A stretch of 64,000 bases of DNA from Candidatus Sulfomarinibacteraceae bacterium (GTDB lineage: Bacteria; Acidobacteriota; Thermoanaerobaculia; Thermoanaerobaculales; Sulfomarinibacteraceae). The stretch is taken from contig CAWCLO010000003.1 in assembly GCA_963796455.1 (NCBI GenBank), positions 160,001-224,000 of the forward strand, read 5' to 3'. The translations under genes and the position numbers were made by a program. The first letter of the stretch is position 1. Each line of letters starts with the position of its first letter. Positions 48,246 through 58,699 of this stretch are shown here, piece by piece. The notes beneath the pieces are model-generated. The model searched no databases. It saw only the letters and a list, made by a program, of their open reading frames with translations, and was not told the DNA's origin.

Positions 48246-49634
48246 ATGCAGTTGTATTCGAAGAGGTCGCGCAGACTCCCCACCATCCTGGTGGTGTTGC
48301 TGGTCGCAGCAGCGGCGGTCATCCTGTGGTTCGGGCTGCGAGTCGGGCCCAAGCCCACCATCAGCCTCGATACCGACTGGCCGGCCATTGGTTCCGCCAC
48401 GGTTGTTACGGCCTCTTTTGCCGAACCGTCTCAGGGCCTCGGCGTCATTCGGCTCGAACTCCAACAGGGCGAACGGACGGAAGCGCTCAACACTCTGACT
48501 TTTGCCCCCGGTTCGCCTCTTCCGGCCATGCTTCGCGGCGGCGGCGGGGTCGCAGACGCCAAGCTCGAGGCCGTCGTCGGCACCGACAGCATGCCCTGGC
48601 TCGAAGAGGGCGAGGCGGTGCTGCGGGCGACCGGCACGCGAACGGCGGGCTTTCTTCGTCGGCCGCAACCGACAATAGTCGAACAAAAACTTTTTGTGCG
48701 ACGACGCCCGCCACGTCTTGAACTGGTCTCTTCTCAGCACTACGCCCGCCAGGGGGGCAGCGGCGCTGTGGTCTACAGGGTCGGCGACACGGTCCTTCGG
48801 TCCGGAGTCCGAGCGGGCGTCTTCGAGGCCACCGGCTTCCCGCTCGAGGGCGGTGGAGCGGGCGATCGCTTTGTGCTGTACGCCATTCCGTGGGACCTGG
48901 ACGACGCCTCCGAGATACGGCTTTTCGCCGAAGACGACGCCGGCAACCGCAACGAACAACCGTTTCTCGATATCCTCAAGACCATGCCGCCCAGGACCGA
49001 CACCATCCAGGTGAGCGATGACTTTCTCGCTCGGGTGGTTCCTGCGATCGCCAGCCGGACAACTGACTTTGACGCGTCGGGATCGCTCATTGACCAGTAC
49101 CTCACGATCAACGGCGAACTACGGGCCAAAGAACTGGCACGGGTCGCCGAACTCGCGGCTCGGAGCCAGCCGGCATTTCTCTGGTCGAGCCCGTTCGTCC
49201 AGATGCCGAATACTGCACTGAAAGCCAATTTCGCACAGACCCGAAGCTACGTCTTTGACGGCGAGGTTGTCGACCGCCAGACTCACCTCGGGCTCGACCT
49301 CGCCTCCACGGCGCGGGCGCCGGTGCCTGCGCCCAACGCCGGTTTGGTCGTGTTCGCGGGCTGGATGACCCTCTACGGCAACGCCGTCGTCATCGACCAC
49401 GGCTACGGCCTGTTCTCGCTCTGCGGCCACATGGCTTCGATCGATGTCTCAACTGGAGACCCGGTCACCAGGGGACAGATCGTCGGCTTAAGTGGCGCCA
49501 CCGGACTTGCCGGCGGCGACCACCTCCACCTCGAGATCTTCGTTCAGGGCCAGTCGGTCGATCCCATCGAGTGGTTCGACGCCAAATGGATCCGCGACAA
49601 CCTGGCGAGCAAACTGTCAGTACCGGTCGAATAG
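48246..49634 (+). CDS. M23 family metallopeptidase, membrane-anchored
   Basis: HLGLD, YGNAVVIDHG and HLH motifs. Confidence 0.9.
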   Translation: MQLYSKRSRRLPTILVVLLVAAAAVILWFGLRVGPKPTISLDTDWPAIGSATVVTASFAEPSQGLGVIRLELQQGERTEALNTLTFAPGSPLPAMLRGGGGVADAKLEAVVGTDSMPWLEEGEAVLRATGTRTAGFLRRPQPTIVEQKLFVRRRPPRLELVSSQHYARQGGSGAVVYRVGDTVLRSGVRAGVFEATGFPLEGGGAGDRFVLYAIPWDLDDASEIRLFAEDDAGNRNEQPFLDILKTMPPRTDTIQVSDDFLARVVPAIASRTTDFDASGSLIDQYLTINGELRAKELARVAELAARSQPAFLWSSPFVQMPNTALKANFAQTRSYVFDGEVVDRQTHLGLDLASTARAPVPAPNAGLVVFAGWMTLYGNAVVIDHGYGLFSLCGHMASIDVSTGDPVTRGQIVGLSGATGLAGGDHLHLEIFVQGQSVDPIEWFDAKWIRDNLASKLSVPVE

Positions 49635-49673
49635 CCGCGCCCGATTTTCGAACGCGATACCGAGAGCGAGAGC

Positions 49674-49705
49674 AAAAAAAGGCCCCCGGCGAGGCCGGGG
49701 GCTTT
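49674..49705 (-). terminator. Intrinsic terminator between convergent genes
   Basis: A7, then GCCCCCGGC-gag-GCCGGGGGC, then TTT. Confidence 0.85.
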
Positions 49706-49725
49706 GTGCGATCTGGTTTTCGGAG

Positions 49726-50604
49726 TCAGATCTTGGGATAGAACTCCTTGAGCATCTCTTTGGCCGACAGCGGGGGATTCCCATCCATCGCCCGTTCCTT
49801 GATGTCTTCGACCCTTTCGGTCATGGTCGGAGCCTCGACCTCGTAGAGCACGCCACAGGTCATGACGTCCTTTTCACGGGTATAGGCGATGGCGTTTGCG
49901 CGCTTCGACGGATCGTGGTCCTCGGGGAGCTTCCGCAACATGCCCTTGAGGCGTTTGAATTCATCATCGCCGCGCCAGGTCACGCAGGGCGACATGGCGT
50001 TGAGGAAGGAGAACCCGTTGTGCTCGAGGGCCGCGGTGATCAGTTCGGTCATCCCCTTCATGTCGCCCGAGAAACCGCGTGCGACCCAACTGGCTCCAGT
50101 CGAGATCGCGAGCTCGCACGGGTCGACGGAGGGCTCCGGATTGCCCCAATAGGTCGACTTGGTTTTGTCGCCGGTAGGGGTGGTCGGCGCGACCTGGCCC
50201 TTGGTGAGCCCGTAGATTTCGTTGTCCATCAGGATGTAGGTGACATCGAGGTTGCGGCGGCAGGCGTGGATCAGGTGGTTGCCGCCGATCGCGAGCCCGT
50301 CGCCGTCACCGCCGACCGCGATCACGGTCAACTCGGGACGGGCCATCTTGACGCCGGTGGCAAGGGTCAACGCACGCCCGTGGACGCCGTTGAAGCCGTA
50401 TGTCGTGACATAACCCGGTAGCCGCGAAGAGCAGCCGATACCGGAGAGGATCACGGTGTTCCACGGTTCAATCTGGAGTTTTGCCATCGAGCGATAAAGC
50501 GCATTCAATACGCCGAAGTCTCCACATCCCGGACACCAGACCGGTTTGAGGTCGGTCTTGTAGGCACCCGGTTTCAACTCGACCTTGGTGTGTGCGGAGC
50601 TCAT
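49726..50604 (-). CDS. 2-oxoacid:ferredoxin oxidoreductase beta subunit
   Basis: WCPGCG, SGIGCS, GDGD and YGLTKGQ motifs. Confidence 0.93.
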   Translation of the reverse strand: MSSAHTKVELKPGAYKTDLKPVWCPGCGDFGVLNALYRSMAKLQIEPWNTVILSGIGCSSRLPGYVTTYGFNGVHGRALTLATGVKMARPELTVIAVGGDGDGLAIGGNHLIHACRRNLDVTYILMDNEIYGLTKGQVAPTTPTGDKTKSTYWGNPEPSVDPCELAISTGASWVARGFSGDMKGMTELITAALEHNGFSFLNAMSPCVTWRGDDEFKRLKGMLRKLPEDHDPSKRANAIAYTREKDVMTCGVLYEVEAPTMTERVEDIKERAMDGNPPLSAKEMLKEFYPKI

Positions 50605-52379
50605 ACCAGCACCTCCCGCCGGAGCGCGCTCATCTCCAGCACCTTCTCGATCTTGTCCTCGACCTCGGCGACGGTCAGGTTCTTACCACCGGACCGCTTG
50701 TAGACGTAGGTGTGTCCCTCGGGCAATTCGAGGAATGTCTGCAAGTACTTGTAGAACTGGGCAGAGAAGCTCAGCTCGATGACGATGACCTCACGGACGC
50801 TCTGGAGGAACTCTTGAAACTCGGCTGTCGGGAATGGATAAAGAAGCTGCGGCACAAAGGCGGCGACCCGTTCGCCACGTCCGTTGGCGGCCAGAACCGC
50901 CTCTTTGACCGGGCCCTTGGATGAACCCCAGCAGATAATGCCGAGATCGGCTTTCTCGGCGCCATAGCGCCGGTAGAAGCTGTACTTGTCGCGGACCAGG
51001 CGCAGCTTGCGGTAACGCTTTTCGTTCATCTGTTCGTGGACGATGTGCATCGAGGTCGGCGAACCGTCTTCTTTGTGCTCGAGACCGTTGGTCTGGTACT
51101 CGCCGCCCTTCATCCCAGGCCACGACATGGGGGAGACGCCGGACTTGGTGTCCTTGTATCGTTTGTATTCCCTCAGATCCCCCGCCGACGGCACCTGGCG
51201 GCCAATCACCTCGTGGTCGAGGGTCAGCATCGACAGGGTTTCGCGTCGTTGGGCGATGAACTGATCGGAGAGCACGATGACCGGCATCTGCGCTTCTTCG
51301 GCAATGTTGAACGCGGCCACGGTGGCGTGGAAGCAGTCCTCCACATCGGCCGGTGCCAGCACCACGCGGGGCGCGTCGCCGTGCGAGCCCCACAGGGCCT
51401 GCCAGAGATCGGACTGTTCCGATTTGGTCGGAAGACCGGTGGAAGGGCCACCGCGCTGGACATCGATGATGACCGCGGGGATTTCGGCCATCGAGGCCAG
51501 ACCCAGCATTTCGGTCATCAGTGCGAGACCGGGGCCGGAGGTTGCCGTCATCGATTTGACACCGGCAAAGGATCCACCGATCACGGCACCGATTGCCGAC
51601 AACTCGTCCTCGGTCTGGACGAGATAACCACCGACCTTGGGCATCAGCTCGGACAACAGGTGAAGAACCTCGGACGAAGGAGTGATCGGATAACCTGCAA
51701 AAAAGCGACACCCGGCGTGCAGGGCTGCAATCGCCGAAAGTTCGTTACCCGACATCAGCAACATCGGCTCGGCGGGGGTGAACTGGAGGCGTTTACCCGA
51801 GGCCTCGTCACCCACCTTCTTCGCGTAATCTTTTCCGGCGTTGAAGCCCTTGATATTGGCTTCCAATACCTCTTTTTTCTTTTTGCTGAACTTCGTGGTG
51901 ATCGCACTCTCCATCGCATCCGTCGGCAGGTTGAAGAGTTCGCCGAGGAGGCCGAGGGTGACGATGTTTTTTGCCAGGGCCGTTCCGGCGGATTCCTTGG
52001 CGAGCTCGATGAATGGCACTGGAATCCAGCGCACCTCCTCGACCGGCCCAAGGTCGATCTGATCGCGCGGGGTCTCATCGGTCGCCTCATAGAGCACGAC
52101 ACAGTCATCGGCGGCCAGAATCTCACCCCGGAACTGGGCGAAATCAGCCCAGTTGAAGACCACCAGGACCTGCACCAGATCCCCCTGGGCAAAAATCGGA
52201 TCGGCGCTGAGCCGCACAGTACACGAGGATTCTCCACCCCGGATCTGCGGCCCATAGGCCTCTACCTTCATGACGTGAAGACCCTTCGACGCGCCTGCTT
52301 GCGCCATCATGTCTCCGACGGTGATGACTCCGTCACCACCAGATCCGACGATCGCGAACGTCAAGTCCCGTGTCGGCAT
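50601..52379 (-). CDS. 2-oxoacid:ferredoxin oxidoreductase alpha subunit (gamma-alpha fusion)
   Basis: GSGGDG, QIRGGES, GYPITP, TSGPG and QRGGPSTG motifs. Confidence 0.93.
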   Translation of the reverse strand: MPTRDLTFAIVGSGGDGVITVGDMMAQAGASKGLHVMKVEAYGPQIRGGESSCTVRLSADPIFAQGDLVQVLVVFNWADFAQFRGEILAADDCVVLYEATDETPRDQIDLGPVEEVRWIPVPFIELAKESAGTALAKNIVTLGLLGELFNLPTDAMESAITTKFSKKKKEVLEANIKGFNAGKDYAKKVGDEASGKRLQFTPAEPMLLMSGNELSAIAALHAGCRFFAGYPITPSSEVLHLLSELMPKVGGYLVQTEDELSAIGAVIGGSFAGVKSMTATSGPGLALMTEMLGLASMAEIPAVIIDVQRGGPSTGLPTKSEQSDLWQALWGSHGDAPRVVLAPADVEDCFHATVAAFNIAEEAQMPVIVLSDQFIAQRRETLSMLTLDHEVIGRQVPSAGDLREYKRYKDTKSGVSPMSWPGMKGGEYQTNGLEHKEDGSPTSMHIVHEQMNEKRYRKLRLVRDKYSFYRRYGAEKADLGIICWGSSKGPVKEAVLAANGRGERVAAFVPQLLYPFPTAEFQEFLQSVREVIVIELSFSAQFYKYLQTFLELPEGHTYVYKRSGGKNLTVAEVEDKIEKVLEMSALRREVLV

Positions 52380-52516
52380 GAAATTTCCTCCCTTGATTGC
52401 GATACGAGCCCGATATCTACCGGGCATACGCTGCGGAATTCGAATGGCGTCGGTCCGCCGTACTTTTCAAAAATCGCTGCTCAGCACATCTGCGGGCATC
52501 CACCCGCCATATGAGA

Positions 52517-52534
52517 TTGTGAACCCTTTCACAT
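52517..52534. promoter_or_regulatory. Rex-like (or CRP/FNR-like) operator upstream of the OFOR pair
   Basis: TTGTGAA-CCCT-TTCACAT, one mismatch to the Rex consensus TTGTGAA-N4-TTCACAA; also fits TGTGA-N6-TCACA. Confidence 0.6.
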
Positions 52535-52604
52535 CATTTGTCCACCGTTCGATTCCGGGGGCCCGCGAAGCTCCAGATCGAGTCCGAAAATCGAAGAAAA
52601 GAAC

Positions 52605-53396
52605 TTAGATGAGGCTTCTCCCGAGACCGCCATCAACCGCCAACGCGACTCCCGTGATCCCGGAGGAGCCCTCCGAACACAAGAAACCGACGGCTGCAGC
52701 AACCTCGTCGGGCTCGAGGAGCCGACCGACCGGCGCCTGCGCCGCCCAGCCGGCATAGACCTCCTCCACCGTCGATCCATCACGCTGCGCCACGTTTGCA
52801 GCCAACACACCGAGGCGATCGGTAGCGGTGAATCCCGGACACACCGTGTTCACCGTGACGCCATCGCAGGCCACCTCGTCGGACACGCTCTTGAGATAGC
52901 CGGTCACCGCGGCACGGAGGGCGTTGGAAAGCACCAGCCCCTGCAGGGGTTCGCGGGCCGCAATCGATGTGATGGTGACAAAGCGTCCCCACCCCGCGGC
53001 GCGCATGTCCGGGAGGGTCAGTTCGACCAGACGCTGAACCGGTAGAAGCAGAAGCTCACACGCCGCGCTGAGGTCATCGGAGGAGGCAGCCGTTGCCGCC
53101 ATTCCCGGCGGTCCACCACCATTGGCCACAACAATTTCGGGATTGCCGAAATGGCTGCGGGTTGTCTCGACGATCGCCCGTGGTGCATCAGCGTCAGTCA
53201 GATCAGCTGCACAACCGGCAACCGATGAGCCACTGGCAGCCGCGATCTCTGCAACCGCTGCGTCGACCCGTTCTTTGGAGCGCGAAACCACCATGACTTT
53301 GGCACCTGAAACCGCCAAGAGCTGCGCCACCGCAAAACCGAGACCTGAGGACGATCCGCCGACGACCGCGACTCGGCCTTCAACGCCGGGGATCAT
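52605..53396 (-). CDS. SDR family oxidoreductase
   Basis: GSSSGLG, NGGGP, SNALR and TVCPG motifs. Confidence 0.9.
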   Translation of the reverse strand: MIPGVEGRVAVVGGSSSGLGFAVAQLLAVSGAKVMVVSRSKERVDAAVAEIAAASGSSVAGCAADLTDADAPRAIVETTRSHFGNPEIVVANGGGPPGMAATAASSDDLSAACELLLLPVQRLVELTLPDMRAAGWGRFVTITSIAAREPLQGLVLSNALRAAVTGYLKSVSDEVACDGVTVNTVCPGFTATDRLGVLAANVAQRDGSTVEEVYAGWAAQAPVGRLLEPDEVAAAVGFLCSEGSSGITGVALAVDGGLGRSLI

Positions 53397-55063
53397 TGCA
53401 GACCCTCCAGCGGATAGTAGGGATCGATGTCGACGGGCAGGTCGGTCAGGCTTTCAATCGCCGCGCTCATCGCCGGGTGGACGCTGCCATAACGCTCGAC
53501 CAGAGCCCGTGCGGCGTCATAGTCGCCCAGGGCCTGGATCATCAGAAACTCCCCGGCGAGATCGCGGAAGACCTGCTCGAAACGAGCGGGCAGCGGACGA
53601 AATCTGCCGTCTTCGGTGATCTCGACCGCTCCGTGTTCGAGCAAATAGTTGGTCTGCAGCACCATCCCGAGGCCATGGGCCTCCGCGACACCGAAGCGGG
53701 TGGTTCGGAACATCCCCGCTGTATAGGTCCAGGGAAGACTGTCGAGAATCTCCGGCTCCATCACACCGCGCTCAACCAGAGCGTAGATATCGTAGACACC
53801 CAGAACATCGGCCTTGGCTTCTTCGAAAGCCGAGTACAGATCCTTGAGTTCGAGCCGCACTTCGGTTTCGCGGCCGTCGATGACGATCTGACCGGGCCCG
53901 ATGCCATGGGACAACTCGTGGTGCAGCGTGAACTGGTAGAAAGCTTCAAAGGAGATCGAGTCGGCCTCCCCCTCCGGCAGTACCCGCGCCGCGATCGGGG
54001 TCAGAATGGCGTCGTATTTGGCCCGCATGACGTTTTTCAAAAGAACCTTCTTCGATCCTTTAGCCTCGCGCACCCGCTCGTCGTTGGGCAGATTAAAGGC
54101 TATGGTCTGCACCCCAGCACGGGAATCGCCACCGACAAAGAGTTCATCCACAACCCGGATCGGGGAATCCGTGCCGCGATCGAGATTCTTGTGTTCGTCC
54201 GGAATCGGAAGGTTGCGCTCGAGGAAGGGAAGCTCGGACTTGAAGACCTCGAGCTTTGCGGAATCCTCGGGCTGGGCAACACAAACAAAGGACTCGAAGG
54301 CCGCCTTGTAGCCGAATAGCTGGTCCTCATAGGTCTCGTAGGGCCCGATGACGACCTCGATCGCCGAATCGAGATCCATCCACGCCATATCCGAGGCGTA
54401 GTAGTCGTCGGTGAAAAGGGCCTCAGCGCGGAGTTCGAGGAAATGCCGCAGGCTCTGGTTCTCGGTAGCGCCCGCCGCCGCCTTCAATTCGGTGGCCACG
54501 TCCTCGAGCAGCTCCCTGAAAGCCACCGAGTACGGCACCGCCACCAGCGCGTCGCCATCACGGCGAACAACGGTGTGGAGCGACGTGAGCGCCGCACGAT
54601 CTCCTGGGTGCGTCTCGAGCCAGGCCTCGAATTCGGCGACTGTCATGTCTTCCGGGTAATAACCCGCGCCCGGGGGATGGGGCTGATCGCCGATGAACGG
54701 ATGGTGGTGATCGAGGCGGTCCCACGGTCCGTACATGATCCGGTAGTAGTCGGCCAGGGCCTCGGCCTCATCCCCCTGGTGAGCAGCCACCAGCGGGGCC
54801 AGTTCCGGGTTTCCAGCCCACGCCTGCAGCTTGAAGATCTCATTCACCACCTTTGCTGCGGCCACAAGGTGTTCCAGCGCCTGGCGGTCGCCGTCCGACA
54901 AATGATCGAGATCCGCTGTCAAGGGCTGGACGACGAATTGAGCACGAAGGGCCGCGATATCATCCGTCACATCGAGCCCCGGTTTGTTAGGTGTCTCCTG
55001 AGGCTGGGCACAACTCAAAATCATCAAGCCACACAGCCCAAGCAACATTTTGTTTCGCCACAT
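53393..55063 (-). CDS. Peptidase M49/DPP III-like lipoprotein
   Basis: Lipobox ILSC, GPYETYED, AFNLPND, HELSH and EEAKAD motifs. Confidence 0.85.
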   Translation of the reverse strand: MWRNKMLLGLCGLMILSCAQPQETPNKPGLDVTDDIAALRAQFVVQPLTADLDHLSDGDRQALEHLVAAAKVVNEIFKLQAWAGNPELAPLVAAHQGDEAEALADYYRIMYGPWDRLDHHHPFIGDQPHPPGAGYYPEDMTVAEFEAWLETHPGDRAALTSLHTVVRRDGDALVAVPYSVAFRELLEDVATELKAAAGATENQSLRHFLELRAEALFTDDYYASDMAWMDLDSAIEVVIGPYETYEDQLFGYKAAFESFVCVAQPEDSAKLEVFKSELPFLERNLPIPDEHKNLDRGTDSPIRVVDELFVGGDSRAGVQTIAFNLPNDERVREAKGSKKVLLKNVMRAKYDAILTPIAARVLPEGEADSISFEAFYQFTLHHELSHGIGPGQIVIDGRETEVRLELKDLYSAFEEAKADVLGVYDIYALVERGVMEPEILDSLPWTYTAGMFRTTRFGVAEAHGLGMVLQTNYLLEHGAVEITEDGRFRPLPARFEQVFRDLAGEFLMIQALGDYDAARALVERYGSVHPAMSAAIESLTDLPVDIDPYYPLEGLQ

Positions 55064-55090
55064 ATTGAACCTCCGAGATCGGCCAAACGG

Positions 55091-56257
55091 CTATTCTTCG
55101 TCCTTCGAAGCCCACACCGCGAAATCGCGGGGGCCGTTGATGACCTCGTCGAGCCGCGACCGCAGACGGTCGACCCTCTCGGCGAGCGCAGTCAGATCGA
55201 TATCCGCCACCGCACCCGTACCGCCCTCGTCATCAGCAAAGAGCTGTTCTGTCGGAAATGGGTGCAGCATCTCTCGCCGCGAGACTTTCAGCCCCGCTGC
55301 GCGCACGAAGACTTCGAGGGTTTCGGGCAGGAGCGGCCGCGAATGGGTCGGGTCCAGCCAGAAGAGTGAACCGCCGACCCGCAGCGAATGAGGATTCGGG
55401 CACTCCACGATCAAAATCCCACCCGGGCGCAGAACACGGCGAATTTCGCCAAGTACCGCCGCCAGCATATCCGGGGGCAGATGCTCGAAGAGATGAATCG
55501 CCGTCACCGCACCGACCGAACGATCAGCGAATCCACCCAGGGCCTCCAGGACGTCACCCTCGATGACCTCCAGCCCTCGCCGGACGGCAGCTGCCGTGAG
55601 GGCCGGATCTCCCTCGATACCGGAAGCCTGAATGCCGGCTTCACGCAGCAGCAAGAGCAGTTCGCCGCGACCGCAACCGAGATCGAGGACCGGCGCAGCC
55701 GGACGTAGATCGTCGAGATACCGGTCGAGACGATGCCTGATCTCCTCACTCTCACCGCGGAATGCCTCGAGCAATTCCGGCTGCACCTCGGCGAGTGCCT
55801 TTGCCAGTTTTCGCTCCGGGCTCGACCCCACCTTGACGCTTGGAAGCGGCTCTGCCAACAGCATGCGCTCGACCATCGAGGCGGTTTCTTCGAGTTCTTC
55901 GGCAAGTCGGTCGACAAGGACATCGGTCCGCGACAAGGCTGCGGGGATCACCCCGTCGCGGAGCCGGGCAATTTCACCCGAAATCTCCGCCAATGCAGTT
56001 TCCAGGCTGTCGACCCGCTTTTCGATAGGGGTCAAGCGCGCATCGCGCACTTCGGCCAGTTCGCCCTGCACGGTACGGATCGATTCTTCGATCGTGTTCA
56101 GCCGGTTTTCCGCAGCCTCATGTCGAATCGTGAAGCGACGGTTGATGCCCCACGGCGTCAACGCAGCGAGAGCCCTCACCACGCGTCGGTGAAGGCTCAT
56201 GTGCTGCCCGTCGTCGTTTGACGGGGATGAGGGCGCGGCGTGATCGTCGCCGCTCAC
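55091..56257 (-). CDS. Coiled-coil + class I SAM methyltransferase (glycan chain-capping type)
   Basis: Heptad N-terminus, FRG, LDLGCGRGE, HLFEHL and FWLDPTH motifs. Confidence 0.82.
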   Translation of the reverse strand: MSGDDHAAPSSPSNDDGQHMSLHRRVVRALAALTPWGINRRFTIRHEAAENRLNTIEESIRTVQGELAEVRDARLTPIEKRVDSLETALAEISGEIARLRDGVIPAALSRTDVLVDRLAEELEETASMVERMLLAEPLPSVKVGSSPERKLAKALAEVQPELLEAFRGESEEIRHRLDRYLDDLRPAAPVLDLGCGRGELLLLLREAGIQASGIEGDPALTAAAVRRGLEVIEGDVLEALGGFADRSVGAVTAIHLFEHLPPDMLAAVLGEIRRVLRPGGILIVECPNPHSLRVGGSLFWLDPTHSRPLLPETLEVFVRAAGLKVSRREMLHPFPTEQLFADDEGGTGAVADIDLTALAERVDRLRSRLDEVINGPRDFAVWASKDEE

Positions 56258-56260
56258 CCG

Positions 56261-56881
56261 CTACTCTTCAGTCGTCTTGGTTTCGGGAAGATCTTCGTCG
56301 ACCGGGGCTTCTTCGGTGCCGGTCTCTTCGACCGCCACAGTCTCCGCCTCGAGACCGCTGTCGGTCTCCTCGGTTTCCTCAGGCTCCTCGAGCTTGCCCT
56401 CGGCGACGAATGCCGGAGCGGCCGCATCGGGATCTTCTCCCGGCCTTACGACCCGGACAGGAATGGTCACATCGATATCGCGGTGCACGTGGATCACGAT
56501 ATCGACCGCACCAAGCTCCTTGATCGGAGATTCGAGGCGAATTCTCCGACGATCGATCTCGAAGCCCTTCGCAGCCAACTCGCGTTGGAGATCGGCGGCA
56601 TTGACCGATCCGAAGAGCACGTTCTTCTCACCCGCACGGCGCTCGAAGGCGAGCTTGGTGCCGGTCAGCTCGGCGGCCAATTGTTCGGCCGCACTTCGTC
56701 GAGTCAGATCCATCTCTTCCCAACGATTCTGTTCTTGCTCGAAGCGCTTTCGATTGCCCGGCGTGTCGGGATAGGCAAGGCCCTTGGGCAGCAGGTAGTT
56801 GTTCGCGTAACCAGGCTTGACCGCAACCGATTGACCTCGTTCTCCGAGGTTCTCGATGTGGTCGTTGAGAATCACTTTCAT
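56261..56881 (-). CDS. rplI: 50S ribosomal protein L9 with acidic tail
   Basis: MKVIL..LG..VKPGYANNYLLP and LFGSV motifs. Confidence 0.96.
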   Translation of the reverse strand: MKVILNDHIENLGERGQSVAVKPGYANNYLLPKGLAYPDTPGNRKRFEQEQNRWEEMDLTRRSAAEQLAAELTGTKLAFERRAGEKNVLFGSVNAADLQRELAAKGFEIDRRRIRLESPIKELGAVDIVIHVHRDIDVTIPVRVVRPGEDPDAAAPAFVAEGKLEEPEETEETDSGLEAETVAVEETGTEEAPVDEDLPETKTTEE

Positions 56882-57858
56882 TGCGTTCCTCCGTCATCAT
56901 CAACACGGGGCCGGAGCGGGCGGAAACTGTCCGCGATGCCGAGAGTCGCAACCAACAACGGCAGCGGACCCTGCAGGCACAGCAGGGCAACCCCCCAGCG
57001 CACCAGCCATCCCCGCCCGAACCAGCGCGCGAGGTGGGCACGAATCATAGCCAAACCCTGTACAAAATACAAGATGAGGGCAACCGCCAGCAAATTGACG
57101 GCGACCCAACGTCCGACACCATTGAAGACCAGTGTTCCGATCCCGGCCAGCGCAAAGAGGGCCGCCAGGAGATCATCATTACGAAAGCTCTCGAAATCGG
57201 CGACTTCAACCGGCAGGCCGAGCAGCTGAAGGCGGGGCCGGACCCAGAACAAAACCATCACCACGTACGCCACCGGAGCGATCGGCATCAACATCGCGAT
57301 CAAGGTTTTGACCGGCTCGACCGCCACCAGGATCCTGTCGACCTCACTCTCGGGAACGCCAGATTCCAGATAGAGCTCACTGACCCCGGTCATCGCCTCG
57401 TCGGACCACACCTCGGCGGCCTCGATGGGGGTTGAAGGGCTCGCGATCCAGGTCACCACCGCCAGCGACGCGATGGACGCGGCGAGGGTCGTCGCCAGGA
57501 CCCACCGGCCCTCATTCCAACCGAATCGCACCCACATCTCCGCACTGGAGGAAGGCAGCACGATGACGAGCAGATAGCTCAACAAAAGCGGCAGAAAGAG
57601 ATCCGCGACACCGAGAAGCGCAGCCATGACCAGCAGGACGGCCACGGGGCCCCAGGCGCGCACCCCGGAACCTTCACCGGACTGGAAGTGGAATACCGGC
57701 AGCAGACCCAAGGGCGCAACCACGGCGCCAAAGGGAAAAAGAAAGTAGAGCGCACTTACTAGAAGGAGTGCGACGAGTCCGGACGCGGTTGCCCCGAGCC
57801 GCGGAACGCGCGGCATCGAGACTTTCACTTCCGGCGTTTCAGGCTGTTCGATCGTCAT
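56878..57858 (-). CDS. DUF2232/YybS membrane protein
   Basis: Multi-TM; YFVQGL and LGIAD motifs; conserved position between rpsR and rplI. Confidence 0.82.
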   Translation of the reverse strand: MTIEQPETPEVKVSMPRVPRLGATASGLVALLLVSALYFLFPFGAVVAPLGLLPVFHFQSGEGSGVRAWGPVAVLLVMAALLGVADLFLPLLLSYLLVIVLPSSSAEMWVRFGWNEGRWVLATTLAASIASLAVVTWIASPSTPIEAAEVWSDEAMTGVSELYLESGVPESEVDRILVAVEPVKTLIAMLMPIAPVAYVVMVLFWVRPRLQLLGLPVEVADFESFRNDDLLAALFALAGIGTLVFNGVGRWVAVNLLAVALILYFVQGLAMIRAHLARWFGRGWLVRWGVALLCLQGPLPLLVATLGIADSFRPLRPRVDDDGGTQ

Positions 57859-57921
57859 TTCGAAATCTTCGATCCGCCACCCACAATCATCGGCAGGCGG
57901 GAAGGAATCCGATGTGGCGAA

Positions 57922-58155
57922 CTAGTTGCCGGTGTACGGCATCAACGCCATGAACCGCGCGCGCTTGATCGCCCGGGTCAGCTTGTGCTGAAACGCGGGC
58001 CGCGTGCCGGTCACACGGCGGGGCAGAATCTTGCCGTTCGTCGGCGTGTACTCACGCAACAGGCCGATGTCCTTGTAGTCGATATAGTTGATTTTCTCGA
58101 CTGTGAAACGGCAGACCTTGACCCGACGGCGAAAACGTTTCTTCTGTGGTCTCAT
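57922..58155 (-). CDS. rpsR: 30S ribosomal protein S18
   Basis: [15 protein letters not shown] and AIKRAR motifs. Confidence 0.97.
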   Translation of the reverse strand: MRPQKKRFRRRVKVCRFTVEKINYIDYKDIGLLREYTPTNGKILPRRVTGTRPAFQHKLTRAIKRARFMALMPYTGN

Positions 58156-58165
58156 GACAGCCTCC

Positions 58166-58555
58166 TCATTCCGCCGCGGCCGCGGCCTCGGCCTTGGCAG
58201 CCGCTTTGGCGGCCTTCTTGGCGGCGCGGGCCTCGAGCTTGACGTCCATCTTGCGCTTGCGGCGCAGCTCGCGATCCATATTGAGGATCAGCGAACGCAT
58301 CACCGCGTCGTTGGTGCGCATCTCGAAATTGAGCTTGTCGAGAACTTCGCCTTCGACGTTGAACGCCCAAAAATGGTAGACGCCATAGTTCTTTTTCTGG
58401 ATCGGGTAGGCGAGCTGCCGGCGACCCCAGGGGTCCTTGTCGATGATATCGCCACCGGATTCGGTGATGATCGCTTCGAGCTTCTCCAGCGTTGCAGTCT
58501 CGTCCTCGGGCGGAACCTCGGGGTCGATGATGACCCCCAACTCATACAAAGGCAT
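58166..58555 (-). CDS. rpsF: 30S ribosomal protein S6
   Basis: [15 protein letters not shown] and VMRSL motifs. Confidence 0.96.
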   Translation of the reverse strand: MPLYELGVIIDPEVPPEDETATLEKLEAIITESGGDIIDKDPWGRRQLAYPIQKKNYGVYHFWAFNVEGEVLDKLNFEMRTNDAVMRSLILNMDRELRRKRKMDVKLEARAAKKAAKAAAKAEAAAAAE

Positions 58556-58625
58556 ATTTTTCTCCTCTCGGCCTTCGGCTCCGGGTCATTGCCAGGAGCA
58601 AGGAGTTTTCCCGGACGAACCGGGA
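58556..58625 (-). promoter_or_regulatory. Putative S6:S18 ribosomal leader RNA
   Basis: 5' UTR ACTCCTTGCTCC...GACCCGGAGC...GAGGAG; CTCCT can pair with the SD and CCCG is present. Confidence 0.5.
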
Positions 58626-58699
58626 GTCGGTATTGTACGGGTTTTGGCCCTGAAATCAAGTGTTTTGTGAGTTTTTGATTCTGGATTCCGGATGCTGGA

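Noticed and set aside
57870..57921. ncRNA or terminator after rpsR (TCCGCCAC...GTGGCGGA stem)
   Set aside because: Short imperfect hairpin without a U-tract; insufficient support for a call.
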